A DNA stretch of 63,197 nucleotides, filler included, from Reticulomyxa filosa (Eukaryota > Protista > Foraminifera): assembly GCA_000512085.1 (NCBI GenBank). It is 21 parts of 21 records of this genome, joined end to end, with 100 filler letters (N's around TTAATTAATTAA, not from the genome) between each part and the next. Parts side by side here need not be neighbours in the genome. Positions count along the whole stretch, not along the records: positions 50,251 to 51,358 come from ASPP01028173.1; positions 51,459 to 52,494 come from ASPP01049312.1; positions 52,595 to 54,236 come from ASPP01029408.1; positions 54,337 to 59,590 come from ASPP01026159.1; positions 59,691 to 61,099 come from ASPP01000048.1; positions 61,200 to 63,197 come from ASPP01024319.1; 15 more parts are not named here. One strand, written 5' to 3'. Made by a program: the position numbers and the translations under genes. The notes beneath the pieces are model-generated. The model was given only the letters and a program-made list of their open reading frames with translations, did not search any database and had not been told where the DNA came from. Of this stretch, positions 50,864 through 63,197 are shown one piece after another; the first letter of the stretch is position 1; each line of letters opens with the position of its first letter.

Positions 50864-52804
50864 ATTTCATTTTATTAGTACTTATAGCAAATGAAGCAAC
50901 TCATAAAACCAAGATTGAAAATAAAATCATTTTTGTATAAAAACTAAATAAATGTAGATTATTTTATAAAAATAAGAAAACATTTATTTAATGGAATTAG
51001 CCCAAAATACAGACGCTCGACGCCAGACTCAGAGTAGTCCCTCACCACCATATACTATCTTATCTGGGCTTTCTCACACTTCCATAGTAAGAGTTTTGAA
51101 AATGTTTCAAATTAATTCGCATTTTCCTCATCTTTATTCATGAGGTAGTTAAAAATGCTAATATCGTTTAGCTCCACTACCTGAACTAAAATTTCATGCA
51201 TCATACTTTTTTTAAAAATTTCATCATTATCAAGCAAAACATACAATGCGATGTACATTTGCTCAGTTTTCATAAGATGGTAAAATGATAATTTCATACT
51301 CTGAGGAAATAAGGTGTTTTCGACAGATTTTATTTGAGTGTGAAGTGTGGATCTGGTGNNNNNNNNNNNNNNNNNNNNNNNNNNNNNNNNNNNNNNNNNN
51401 NNTTAATTAATTAANNNNNNNNNNNNNNNNNNNNNNNNNNNNNNNNNNNNNNNNNNNNTTGAGAATAATTTTAATCAATTTTTCTTTTCGAAAACACGAA
51501 AAACTGGATATTATGTCTTTGCTGAATAAGAAGCCAATCTGAAACCTCGTTCCTTGTGTCCTCATTAGACAACTTCTTCATATCAAATTAAATTTGATGA
51601 ATAGTGTCAAAACAAAAAAAATTAAAGTGTCCTAATTCAATTGAATTATCGAAATTATGCAAATGAAATATATTCTTCCAGATATCGTATTTTACAATAT
51701 GCTTTTACATTACTTGGATATATTGAATAAATTTGATTTATAAAACCATTATTTTGAACAATTGATGACTCTTGATATAATTACATTTAATAGTTGATCC
51801 CAATTGATGAAATAACGTACACAATAATTATGATGATATGTTTTGAAAACAAAGATATTGAAAAAATATTATTTGTTGTTGGATATATAACGACGTGCAG
51901 CATGCCATAGTAATGCTTTTTCAAAGTTCTTTTTTACAAAATGTTGGTTGAATAGGAATTACAAGTCGTATGAATTCACACAAAAAGTTTTAGAAAAAAC
52001 TAGGGAGAACACGTTAAAAACTCTAATCATTGTACAATGCAAAAAAAAAGAAAAGGATTGAATTTGTTTAAGATATCATACAACCCTGTTTTTTTAAAAT
52101 TTCACTAAAAAAGAACTTATCTGCGCCTTAACACAAGGATTTTGTACGGACAAAAACTAAATATGAATACAATTTAAAGCTACACAAAGTGTAAATCATT
52201 TCAAGATCCTTAATAACAGATTTTACTGTCATTTTTAAAAAACAAGTTAATTCAAAAAGAAAGGTACAACATCCGTGCTTTCGATACTTTCATTATTTCA
52301 AAAAGAACAAACCCGTCACAAACAATGTTTGACAAATGGTATTACTTTTTTACTGAAAATTCTCAATACAATTCAACCTTTCATGCATTTCAATTTTCAT
52401 TACTCAAATTATGATATTTTTTATTTGGTTAATGAAACAAAAAAATTGCACAATGTAAAATATTTTTGTTTTCTCAAAAAGGGTCAGATCACAGNNNNNN
52501 NNNNNNNNNNNNNNNNNNNNNNNNNNNNNNNNNNNNNNTTAATTAATTAANNNNNNNNNNNNNNNNNNNNNNNNNNNNNNNNNNNNNNNNNNNNTCTTGT
52601 CAGGGTCGCACGACATTATCCTTTTAATCATATACATATATGTGCATGTTTTTCTTTGTTGTTGGTCTTTACAAGTATGGAGAAAAAAAACATCCATTTT
52701 AGCAATACATCCTCAACTTTCTTTTTTGAAGTTAGTAGTTGATGTTGAAAGAGTCTCAAAAATCAAATGGATTAAGCTTTCTTGCCCTGTGGATTAAATT
52801 AACC

Positions 52805-54223
52805 TTTTTTTTTTTTTGACAGTAGTGCCGAAGTGACAGTACAATTCTAAATTACTCAGATTAACTTTCAAAAGACAATTTCCTTGTAGATTTAAATGAT
52901 CAATTGGGGAAAAAGTATTGATTGCAAAGAAAAGTGATTAGTTTGTTTAGGACGGAACTGACAAAAGAGTGGTCAATTTTTCAATGATCCAACTTTATTA
53001 AAATTCATTGACCTAAATTTATAGAATGGTTGTCTTGAGCTATTGATATTATTTTGAAACATGATCAACTCCTTCATTGATCAAATTCAATATTACTGGT
53101 TTATTAAGTGATATTTTTATTGTTATTCTGTTGACAGTGAAACAATGTAGCTATTCGTTATAAGGAATCTAAAAGTTGTTTCACAGTTGAACGAAGATTG
53201 CCAATTTCTTTTCATAATTGGTAAATTTCATTTTGATTATTGTTTTTCTGTTTTTGACTTTGATTTTGGTTATTACGTATTCTATTGACTCCATTTTTTT
53301 TGTTTCTTGTGTTTTATTTTCAATTGAATTTCCTTTTTACCCTTTCTTTAATATGAAATTTTTTGCTTTTTTTGTGATAAATTGATTGTAATGTCTTTGA
53401 ATAACTATAAATAAGATAGAGTCACTGAAATATTTTTCATGACACAATATACATTTATGTTTACTTTGTTTGTATTTATAAAAACAGTTTTCAATTCTTT
53501 TTTCTTGTACATTCATTGCTGTAATGATTTAATCCAAAATATTTTCTACATTGATGAAAATGTGACTTTGGACAATTACGATTGTTGTTAAATGATTCGC
53601 ATGATGCAAATTCAAAACGAATTTATATTGATTACTCTTGCAATATTTTCTAACGTCGTGTGAATTTGTAGATAATATTTTCAATATTGGTAAATCTTTG
53701 AAATGTTCTACTTTTTCCACGTTTAGATTTATTCTTTCAATGTCTACATTTTTTAATAATACATATCGATTAATATCTGAATTTTTAACATCTTGCAATC
53801 TTTTTTCCTTTTGAGTTTTTACATAATTTGAGTTATAAACTGAACATGTCATTATTTTCTGATTGGCTCCAAACTTTTTTTATTTTCTACACTTAATTAT
53901 TGTCTTTAATTAAATTTGACAACAATTTCATGTAAATTTTCAACCTAATACTTTTACATTAAAAAATACAAATACATTGTTTTCCAAGTTGATGAAACGT
54001 AATTTACTCTAATGTATTTTCCATTTTTTCCAAACAATTTCAATACTAATGTTTGTAATTTGAACATTGAGCCATTTATTGGTGTTATTACCAATGTAGA
54101 TAATTTGTCGCAGAAGTATTCCCTTTGAATTTTTCTGCTTTTTTTCAATATATTTTTTTCATTTAATTCTTATTTACTGTCTTTGCTGATATTTTGTTTT
54201 GCAGAAATACTCAAATCCTGTAT
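52805..54223 (-). mobile_element. Decayed non-LTR retrotransposon (LINE-like) remnant, interrupted by a transposon end
   Basis: ORF1-like VEHFKDLPILKI, knuckles HQCRKYFGLNHYSNEC..KHKCILCHEKYFSDS (~53420-53560), APE-like start MFQNNIN (~53040-53065) and poly(A) at 52805-52817. Confidence 0.55.
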
Positions 54224-54225
54224 TA

Positions 54226-54236
54226 CAGTAGGTTGC
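54226..54236 (+). mobile_element. Tc1/mariner-type TIR start (copy 2)
   Basis: TA|CAGTAGGTTGC at the contig end is identical to the start of 14565-14602. Confidence 0.6.
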
Positions 54237-54394
54237 NNNNNNNNNNNNNNNNNNNNNNNNNNNNNNNNNNNNNNNNNNNNTTAATTAATTAANNNNNNNN
54301 NNNNNNNNNNNNNNNNNNNNNNNNNNNNNNNNNNNNATGTATATGTATATGTATATGTATATATAAGTATATTACAAAAAAAAAAAAAAAAAAG

Positions 54395-56307
54395 AGGATT
54401 TGAAAGCCTTGGAAAATCATCAACGAAATTGGATTATCCAAAAGAGTTGTTATTTGATGAGAGTGACAGCAAGACAACAGAGGACAAAAAGCAAACAGAA
54501 AAAGAGGAAGATGACAATGATAATGATGATGATGATGAGGATGGGGATGGAGATGAAGAAAATGATGAGATAGAGCCAAAAGAAGAAGAAGAAGAAGAAA
54601 AAGAAAAAAAAAAAGAAAAAGAAAAAGGAGGAAACAATGCCAAAAACAAAACGAAAAGAAAAAAAAAAGAAAAAGTAATTGATAAGCTTTGCCAATGGCT
54701 TTGCAATTTGAAGGCAATAGCATTTATTCATAATGACATAATTGACGTGAATCGATATTTGCATCAATATCGACCAAAGCTTATTTATGTCAGTATTGAT
54801 AGTTTGCGATGCGGAAACGATCGAAGTGGATCGACGGATTACGAAGAGGACAACATCCCTTTTCCTGTTCTGGCGTCTTTAGTATCAATTTCGAGTGGCG
54901 TCCATTGCAATATGCCATCACTCGAGCAATGTGCAGAGAATAGCAGCGACTTGCTCATTAGTGACACTGAAATCACGTACACTAATATTCAGGCACTGCA
55001 GATTTTCAGTAGTTATTCCGCCATTCCTCTCAAGGCGGTCCGTTCGTTGCTCAAGCACGTCCAGTTTTTGGGGTTGGACTACGACTGTCACGAACTCGCC
55101 ACGTTGCAAGAATTTCAGCGTGTGTTACTCCACGAAGCCAACTTGCTTCATCTAAGTCTGACTGGTATATGTATTTGTATATAATGTGATTCTTTTTTTT
55201 TGTATATACATATACATATACATATACATATATATATATGTATATGTATATAACAAAAAAAAAAAAGGTTGGGCTGGAGAATTGGTTGTCCCGAAATCGG
55301 TGTATTCCTTGGTGATCCAGCGATGGTTCAACAAGTTTGCAACCCTGACATTTGAGGGGGACCAACTTGACAATAACAATGACGATGACAACGAGGAGAA
55401 GCAGAATGAGAAGGAGAAGGAGAAGGAGAAGGAGAAGGAAGAGAAAGAAGAAAAAAGTGAGGACCTTGTGAGTCATGGAAAACAAAGAGACGACGATGAC
55501 GACAGCGACAACGACAACGACAACGACGAAAGCGGATGTCATCAAGACCAACTTGCTCATCACACGAATCAATTGAATTCACAGTCAATCTATTCTTACA
55601 AAACAAGTGCCACACAACACGACATTGCATCTCGCCGCCGTCGTCGTCATCGTCGTCGCTGCTGCCACCAGGACGATGTGAACGCACAGTATCCCACGTC
55701 TTTGGACGACGATGCTGTGGAAATGGACCACCCTCACTGCTCCATCGCGAACGAGGAAGAACAAAAAAATGCCAATACAACCGCTCAAATTGGGGAAATC
55801 AAAATGCTCCTCAATTTTTATTGCGCCAAAGATATGTGGCTAATTAATCAATCACAAAAATCCTTTCTACTTCGTGTCAAAATGCTTACCACCTTGCACG
55901 TCTTGCATTTTGTTATGATGAAAGAAGATTTAATGAACAAAGTGTATCTCAATTTATCAAGGTATTTTTTTTTTTTTCATTTTGGTTATGTCTATTAACA
56001 CTTTCTATATATATATGTACATATATATGTATATATATATATATATATATATAGGATCAATGAGCTCTGCCAATTCCCAGTGTTTGATTGTAGCTGGCAT
56101 AACAACTTGGCTGTCATTTGTCCACGGGAATGTGCTAACAATTCCCGATTCTGTTCTTTTTTTCCACGCGCTCAATTTTACTCTTGCAATACTATTATTC
56201 GAAACCCACTGTACAATGACGAACAGTGGCACACTCGTCTCAAAATCATGCAATGCAGTGACATGTTTCTTGTTGCAACACCGTCGGAATTAAAACCTCC
56301 GAGATAA
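54395..56307 (+). CDS. Hypothetical acidic/low-complexity protein, 5' partial; introns 55165-55267 and 55962-56054
   Basis: Three ORFs (54429, 55186, 56080) are joined in frame by GT..AG introns. D/E/K-rich tracts alternate with Leu-rich segments. Confidence 0.65.
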
Positions 56308-56829
56308 ACATTTCCATTTGCATCCTTTCTTACACACAACTTTTTTTTTTTTTTTTTTGTTCGTTTGTTTTGTTTAGTTTCTGCAAAAAAATGCACATAA
56401 AATTTTTCTCTTGTTCCAAAAAAAAAAAAAAAGGAACAGAATGTTTTTGTTTTTTATTTTTATTATTCATTTTTTTGTTAAAGTAGTCTTTTTTCCCCCA
56501 CTTAATATCTTTTTGCATTGTCATGCGCTTTGAGTTCAGCCGTAATTCGTTTGTGTGAAATATTAACAATCAGAAACCGAATAAAAAAACAAAAGTCTGT
56601 TTTTTCTTTTTTTCGAGGATACTTTGGATTGTTATTCACAACATGATGGAAGAGTTCAGTTTATGTCTTGCCATTTTTGGTCTTTTGTAGCGCTTCTTGC
56701 AAATATTAAAAAAACATTTAAAACAAAACTGTCACCTAACTTTATGGTGAACGTTTTTTTTTAAAATTGAAAACGTCATTTTTTTATAAACGGGTAGCAG
56801 TGCTCATTCAATAATTAAACTAATCCAAG

Positions 56830-57791
56830 ATGGCTCAACAATCCAAGAAAGTCTTATTGAAGATCATCATTTTGGGCGACTCTTGGCAAGTCTTTTTCTT
56901 TCTCACAAAAAAAAAACAAACCGTTCAGCGCTGCTTATTTTGTTAATTTTTTTGTTTGTATTTGGCCATAGTGTGGGCAAAACAGCTCTTTTGCACAAAT
57001 ATGTGCACAATGAGTTTATTCAAGAACACAAAGCAACCATTGGAGCAGATTTTATAACGAAAGAAATCTCCATTGATGACAAATCAGTGACATTGCAAGT
57101 TATTACATAAAAAAAAAAATTTTTTTTTTTGAAAACAATGTATACGTTTTTTTTTTTGTATAGATATGGGACACTGCTGGACAGGAAAGATTCAAAAGTT
57201 TGGGGGCATCCTTTTACAGAGGAGCAGGTGTGGCATTCTTTTTTTTTTTCCTCCCCCCTTTTTCTCTCAAAAAAAAATCTGTATTGTGTGAAATTCGATA
57301 CACGTGGTCCGGTGTTACGCAAGATGCCTGTGTGTTAGTGTATGATATAACAAATGATCAATCGTTCAAAAATATTGAAACATGGCATAACACTTTTTTG
57401 GAACACGCTAATTCCGATGAAAACACTAAATTTCCATTTTTATTGTGTGGAAATAAGTCTGATTTGCAATCAGCTCGCGCAATTTCTCAACAAGACGGTG
57501 AAAACTTGGCAAAACAACTTGATATTCTTTTCTTTGAAACCAGTGCTTTAAATGGCAATAATGTTGAAGCTGCCATTCGCAAACTTGCCACCGTTGCCTG
57601 CGACTTAGGCACTGCACCGTTGAGTAATTTTTTTTTCCCCTTGCCTTGTGTTCTTCTACTATTTTAGCTTACATTAAAATTTTGAATTTATGTTGCCAAC
57701 ACACTTCAGATCGTTTGAACAAAAGGTCACCATACGTACTGATTTGGAGGAACCTGAAACAAAACCAAAACAAAACCAATGCGCTTGTTGA
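56830..57791 (+). CDS. RAB7: Rab7-like small GTPase, 5 exons, first intron GC-AG (56886-56971)
   Basis: [69 protein letters not shown] and a C-terminal CAC prenylation motif. Confidence 0.9.
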
Positions 57792-59078
57792 GTTTTTAAG
57801 CACCAATAATTAAAACGTCGAACATCACAAAAAAAAAAGGCACTATTTGTTGTGTGCCTGTTGGGAGGCTTTTTTTTCTTTTGTTTGCGTTTGCGCTTTT
57901 GGATGCGAAACATTTGTCAAATATGTTCATTTTGAATCACTTCCCTGCAAATTATCCAATGAACGGGGGCAATGCTGCAATGTATTGAACGCGATTCAAG
58001 AAAATTTCAACATCTGATCTTCTTTTCGACAGCTTTTTCCCCCACTACTTTTCTTTATTGCTTCATGACTTATTAAGAGATTATGACACAAAAAATTTTT
58101 GGCATAATCATTCAAAGAGGACGACGGCCAATCCTCAAAAAAATATTATCAACGAAAGAAATTTTGAAGTATAAACTTACTCTTGATTATTAAACGTTTC
58201 AATGTCTGTAAAATCAACAAAAATATCTAATAAAAAAACAATGACAAACTCTTGCTTGAAAAAGTACGAAGACTTGCACATCGAAATAAAATAAATTGAA
58301 ACATAACAAAGAAGTTAGTAAACGACATTCTCTTCGTTGTTCTTTTCAATTTCTTGTTATTCATATCTTATTCCATATTCGCTAATTTTTTGTTTATTAT
58401 TTGAAAAAAATACGAAACAAAAAAGAGAATTGACAATTCTTCGTTAATTCAATAAATAGTAAATATTATTTTTCGTAGTAAGTCAGTTACATAACCAAGA
58501 TGACATTTTTTTTACTAAATGTAGTTTCTTTTTGTTATATCAGACAAGGTGGTTACAATATCAATTGTTAATATTTTTAAAATAGTTGAATCTTTGCAAT
58601 GAATGATACCAAGAAACATATTTTATTTAAATGGCACAATACACTAAATACTTTAATTGATATTAATATCTAAATTTTAATTAAATGTTTCCAAGAATAG
58701 TAGACATTACCAAAATCTGTTGATCCTACACGATAGACAGAGATACATAATGTAAACTGTATGATATTATTCAATTACTTTAGACAAAAATATTTAAATA
58801 ATATGTTGAGATACAAACAAGATAATGCAATATATGTTATTCAATAAGAAATATGTCATATTATAACTAGTTTTCTACATTGATATGTTCAATCAATAGA
58901 CGAAATAGACTGTATACATGTAGTAAATGCAAAATCAATATAAAGCAACAGGCAGATAAGAGCTAATCAAATTTTTAATAGCTACTTGGAGGGGGAGAAG
59001 TTTAAATGGAGAGTAAAAGAGTCCCAAGAGAAGGAAGCGGGGAGGGGGGTACTAATTGTTTAAATTTATAACAAAAAA

Positions 59079-59590
59079 ATGGCAAATGAAGAATCATCTG
59101 TATGCAATAGTACCCTAGAGTGTCAGAATATATCAATTGAGCAGAGGCCAAAAAAAAGGCGTTTGTCACCAGACCTAAATCCAGAGAAAATTTTTTTGCC
59201 CCGTTTGTCTTTTGGAGAGAGTGAAAATACAACCTCGAATGTGACCCTATCGGCGACAGCAACACCAGCGACACTAGTAACGCCAGAAACGCCAGAGAGC
59301 CTATTGCTGCCAAGAACAGGAGACCCAGCAGTAACGACAGAGACACCATTTACGCCAGGGACAGCAGACAGCATAGTATCTCCGGGCATTGTGAAGAGGT
59401 TGCGTTTTAACAACAACTATCTCTGCAGCTTAGCGTGGCCAATAGCGCCCCCACCGTTGAGTCCGGGTAGTGTTGAGAGTAAAGAGCAAGAAAAGGCAGA
59501 GAGAAGCAAAGGAAAAAAAAATGATGGCAATAATAATGATGATGATACTGATGATGATGATGATGATGATGATAATGATGATGATGATAA
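59079..59590 (+). CDS. Ser/Thr-Pro-rich probable nuclear protein, 3' truncated
   Basis: Open frame to the contig end with NLS-like RPKKRRL, many TP/SP sites and poly-D. Confidence 0.55.
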
Positions 59591-59690
59591 NNNNNNNNNN
59601 NNNNNNNNNNNNNNNNNNNNNNNNNNNNNNNNNNTTAATTAATTAANNNNNNNNNNNNNNNNNNNNNNNNNNNNNNNNNNNNNNNNNNNN

Positions 59691-59726
59691 ATGTTTTAGG
59701 CGTTCAGTTTTCTTTGCAACATACTG
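59691..59726 (-). mobile_element. Tc1/mariner-type TIR (copy 3)
   Basis: The reverse complement TA|CAGTATGTTGCAAAGAAAACTGAACGCCTAAAACAT has one mismatch to copy 1. TA at 59727-59728. Confidence 0.75.
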
Positions 59727-61199
59727 TATTATTATTTTGTATTTTTAAAAAATAATTTTAATTTTCACAACTTTAGGTCGTCGGCCAAATGCTAGCACTG
59801 ATGACTCAATTGCGTCTTTGAAAAACATATCTCCTTCAAAATGCCAGTATAAAAATATTATGGACCCTTTAGCTTCTTCAAGTTGCATGTCTTGGCCAAA
59901 ATCACTATGTGACGTCAACGCGATGATTCCGAGGCAATAGTGCTTCCGTAACAAAATCGCCGAAATGTGAAAGGACAGCAACTGTCGGACAACTCTTCAT
60001 GACTTTTGACTTGTGTTGCTGTTAACTCGAATATGGTCGTCCATATCGCTATCATTTCACAAATTCTGTCTTCAAAGTTGGACATTATGGCAGCTACAAA
60101 TAAAAAACAAAACGACAACGATAACAAAAAAGAGTTACAGCAGTTGTGTAAAACGTTCACTTTCCTTTTTTTTGTAAAATTACTGAGTTGTTTTTTAAGT
60201 AAATATCAAGTCAAAATTCAAATCGAATATAATTTTTTAGAAATATTGAAAATATATAATCTATTCAGTTACCAAGAAATATTTTTCCTTTTTTCAAAAG
60301 TAACTTGGTTAAAATGTTACAGTTTGTGATAGGTTCCTTTGATTTAATTTTGATAATATTATTTATTTCTCTGATTGTGTTTGTTGGTATTTTCGATCTT
60401 TAGATTGAATGTTGTATGTGATATGAATTTTTCTTTTTTCTGTCAAATTAATTATGCCACATCATTTGTTATTAAATATGCCAGACAAAAAAGTAAAATG
60501 AGCGAAATTGCTAATCTCCGAAAGAAAATGCAATATTTTTTTTTTGAAGGGCTTGGGGAAAAAAAAAACAAAAATAATTAAAATAAATCAATATATAAAT
60601 ATTCTTTTTTTTAATAAGAAGCTACATATAAAAAAAAAAAAAAGGAAGTCGAATGTTACGTAGATATATGGATGGTACTACCATTCTTTGTTTTTTTACG
60701 TATTCACTTTACAGACATCAGACGAATGGAAAAAAAAAAAAAAAAGGTAAGAAAGAAGAGTTTCTTTTCCCACGTTCTCTGTCATTATCTCTTCCCTCAT
60801 TTTTAAGCAAATACTACGCATGCATGAAAATACCAATATCGCATAGACACGGTAAAAAACCAAACCAACCAACAAAAAATATAAAGAAAAAAAAAGAATA
60901 AGACGTAATCAAACAAATCTTTGTTTTTGGATCAAAGAAGAGTGAGCAATATTGATCACCATTGGAAAAAAAGGATGAAAGAAATGGGGAAAAATGTACA
61001 AAGTGGACAAAATGTCAAAGTTACAAGCGAGTGGAATGCGTGAAAGAGTGTCGTCTGTCATCATTATCATTATCATTATCATTATCATTATCATTATCAN
61101 NNNNNNNNNNNNNNNNNNNNNNNNNNNNNNNNNNNNNNNNNNNTTAATTAATTAANNNNNNNNNNNNNNNNNNNNNNNNNNNNNNNNNNNNNNNNNNNN

Positions 61200-61360
61200 C
61201 TACAAATGGTGGATATTCAACAGCATAAACATTACTTATATGTTTACCATATCGAATATTCAACAAACGAACACTTTCATCATCTGATCCAGATAATATT
61301 GTATTTGCACAACTAATATTTCCAAATTCATTTGATCCATATTTTACACTATTAATTGTA
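61200..61360 (-). pseudogene. WD40 family remnant
   Basis: INSVKYGSNEFGNISCANTILSGSDDESVRL..VYAVEYPPF is homologous to the repeat in 30724-31917. Confidence 0.72.
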
Positions 61361-63197
61361 GCATAAGATCAAAGTTCTAAAAAACCCTGGGGCCATATTG
61401 AGCTAAACTTTCTTCACAAACACTATTCACTTTTTGTGTCAGTTTTTATTCAACATATTAGCACTTGAAGAAACATATTCACAATTGTCACCATCGTATT
61501 TTAGTTGGCTTTAAATTGTATATTTTTATCTTTTCTTCTGCATTGCAATTCACTTTTATTTATTTTTTTTTTCAAATGTTTATTATTTATAGATTTGGGT
61601 TGGGCCAACAGCTTTTGTCAACTCAGTGCTGTTGTCAAAATATTCTTCATCAGCTGAAGACTAGTCAAAGAACGAAGAAACCTCAGGTGGCTCTTCAAGG
61701 AAATCTCTATGAAAAGATTTGCTTTTGTTCCAATATATCTGTTATATCTTGGAGAATTGGTGGTCATTTTGAACCAGAATGTTTGATATACATCAACGAC
61801 TGCAAAGCAATTAAACATCTGTGTCTTCGCTCTTGATGTTAATTGAATAAGCACTTCCAAATAATTTTCCAACTCTTGAAATTGTGGGAAAGTGTGTAAA
61901 CACAAAATCATTGCATTCCATCATCGAGTAATAGATTGATCTTTTGTGATTGTTAGTCAATTGTTTGATCACTTGACAATAAATGTCATTTCTTAATTTC
62001 TCTTTTAATAAAATCTTCAGTCTGCATTATCGGGATTACCAACTTCTACTGGCTTGTCTATCATGTATATTTGGATCTTGTTGAATTGGTTCATTACTCC
62101 ACACCAAGTCTCTATCCTCCAGCTTATCATAGCTTTTCCTTTGCCCGTTCATATGCTCCTTTCAACACTGGACCAAACTGTGAGCCATTTTGTCAAAGAA
62201 GATATCTTTCCATTTAATGTTCAAACGTGTTTGTCGTAATTGTTGTTGGACAAACTTATCGGTATATTGATTGATATATCCTAACTCTTGGACAGTAAAC
62301 AAACATGCTTCGATGTAGTTTGTCTCCAATATTTCAATGGCTTTTCCAGATTCTCGTATAATTGCGTGTGAGATCTATCATTTTCAATACCAACATATAT
62401 TTATTGTAATCTTTCTATGATTTCACAAACTGCTTCCAATTTGTTGATTTCTTTTTCACTAATAGCTTCTTCCAAAATACATTTGTATGAAAATTATGCT
62501 TTACGAATTTAGAAAACTTCAAACGCTCCCGAATGTGTGAGTTGTTCAAAGCAACTTCGTGACACAAAGTACAATGGTTCTTTGTCTTCATTCGGCTTAA
62601 TACATCAAATGTAATGAGGCTGCGTTGCCTGTAAAGTTTTCATCAAAGCATCTAATTGGTTGCAGAATTACAGATTCAATATTGCTTTTCGCTGTCCTGC
62701 GCTCATATCTCCGACATCCTTTAGGAACAAAATTAGAATTATGTGCTCTTTCGATTTGTCCAACATTACCAATATACCAATGGACTTATGTACTTTTTTT
62801 TTGATTCAATGGATTTGTTAATTTGAACAACCAACAAATCAAATATTTTGGCATACACAAATTTGCACAAATAATACCATTAATCTCGCGCAAACTCTGG
62901 ATTTAATCCTTTTTCAACACTATTGTTGCCCGACATAACGATGGCCTTATTAATGACACTTTTTTTTAGTTCGCCTGCGTCGACCTGCCAAATGATAGCG
63001 ATCTTTGACTTTCGAAGTGTCATTGACTTAATTGGATTGTGCTCGTTCAAAATCAACGTTGCCACTGTGCAAAATATCCTCCACGACACGATATAGACTC
63101 GACATCCTTTTCATTGAATTCCAAAGCAGAAGAAGATCATTAGGATTTTCATGCATTTACAAATAAAGTCAAGAAGACACCAAAGCCCATCAAACGT

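Noticed and set aside
50251-51358. Ciliate-type genetic code (TAA/TAG = Gln) suggested by in-frame TAR codons here and at ~18690-18805
   Set aside because: The 50251-51358 fragments also have frameshifts and a damaged splice acceptor, and intact genes in the window terminate at TAA/TAG. Pseudogene decay is the simpler explanation.
61360-63197. Decayed coding-like sequence on the minus strand (also 59745-60100 and 51459-52494)
   Set aside because: Short broken frames with no motif I can recognise, so no product can be assigned.

Overview
This is not one locus. It is 21 unrelated contigs joined by 20 artificial 100-bp linkers (N44-TTAATTAATTAA-N44). Most contigs are AT-rich, intron-containing eukaryotic DNA whose Kelch-like and WD40 families look like those of the foraminiferan Reticulomyxa filosa (my recognition from memory, not a search). 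Apparently intact or contig-truncated host genes: a fucosyltransferase-superfamily enzyme, a GT61 glycosyltransferase, a ubiquitin-specific protease, a PPIG-like cyclophilin, a double-hotdog thioesterase, a thiolase, a multi-CCCH protein, a RasGEF, a Rab7-like GTPase, WD40 genes and a Kelch+WD40 fusion. Pseudogenes and fragments are common: eRF1, proteasome alpha-7, midasin, NACHT/HEAT, Kelch-like, WD40 and a Bmt5-like gene. Mobile DNA includes a Tc1/mariner-type TIR at three contig ends, two decayed LINE-like elements and a MITE-like inverted repeat. Two contigs are bacterial: an AT-rich, IS5/IS1-flanked, endosymbiont-like fragment (14703-16373) and a GC-rich msrA + CHASE-PAS fragment (25223-26897). 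The best leads are (i) a conserved ~35-codon exon module attached to the expanded propeller genes, alongside CUE-PUB and NACHT paralogs, suggesting a ubiquitin/p97-linked surveillance repertoire, and (ii) an exon-scale switch from A/G-rich to T/C-rich synonymous codons.
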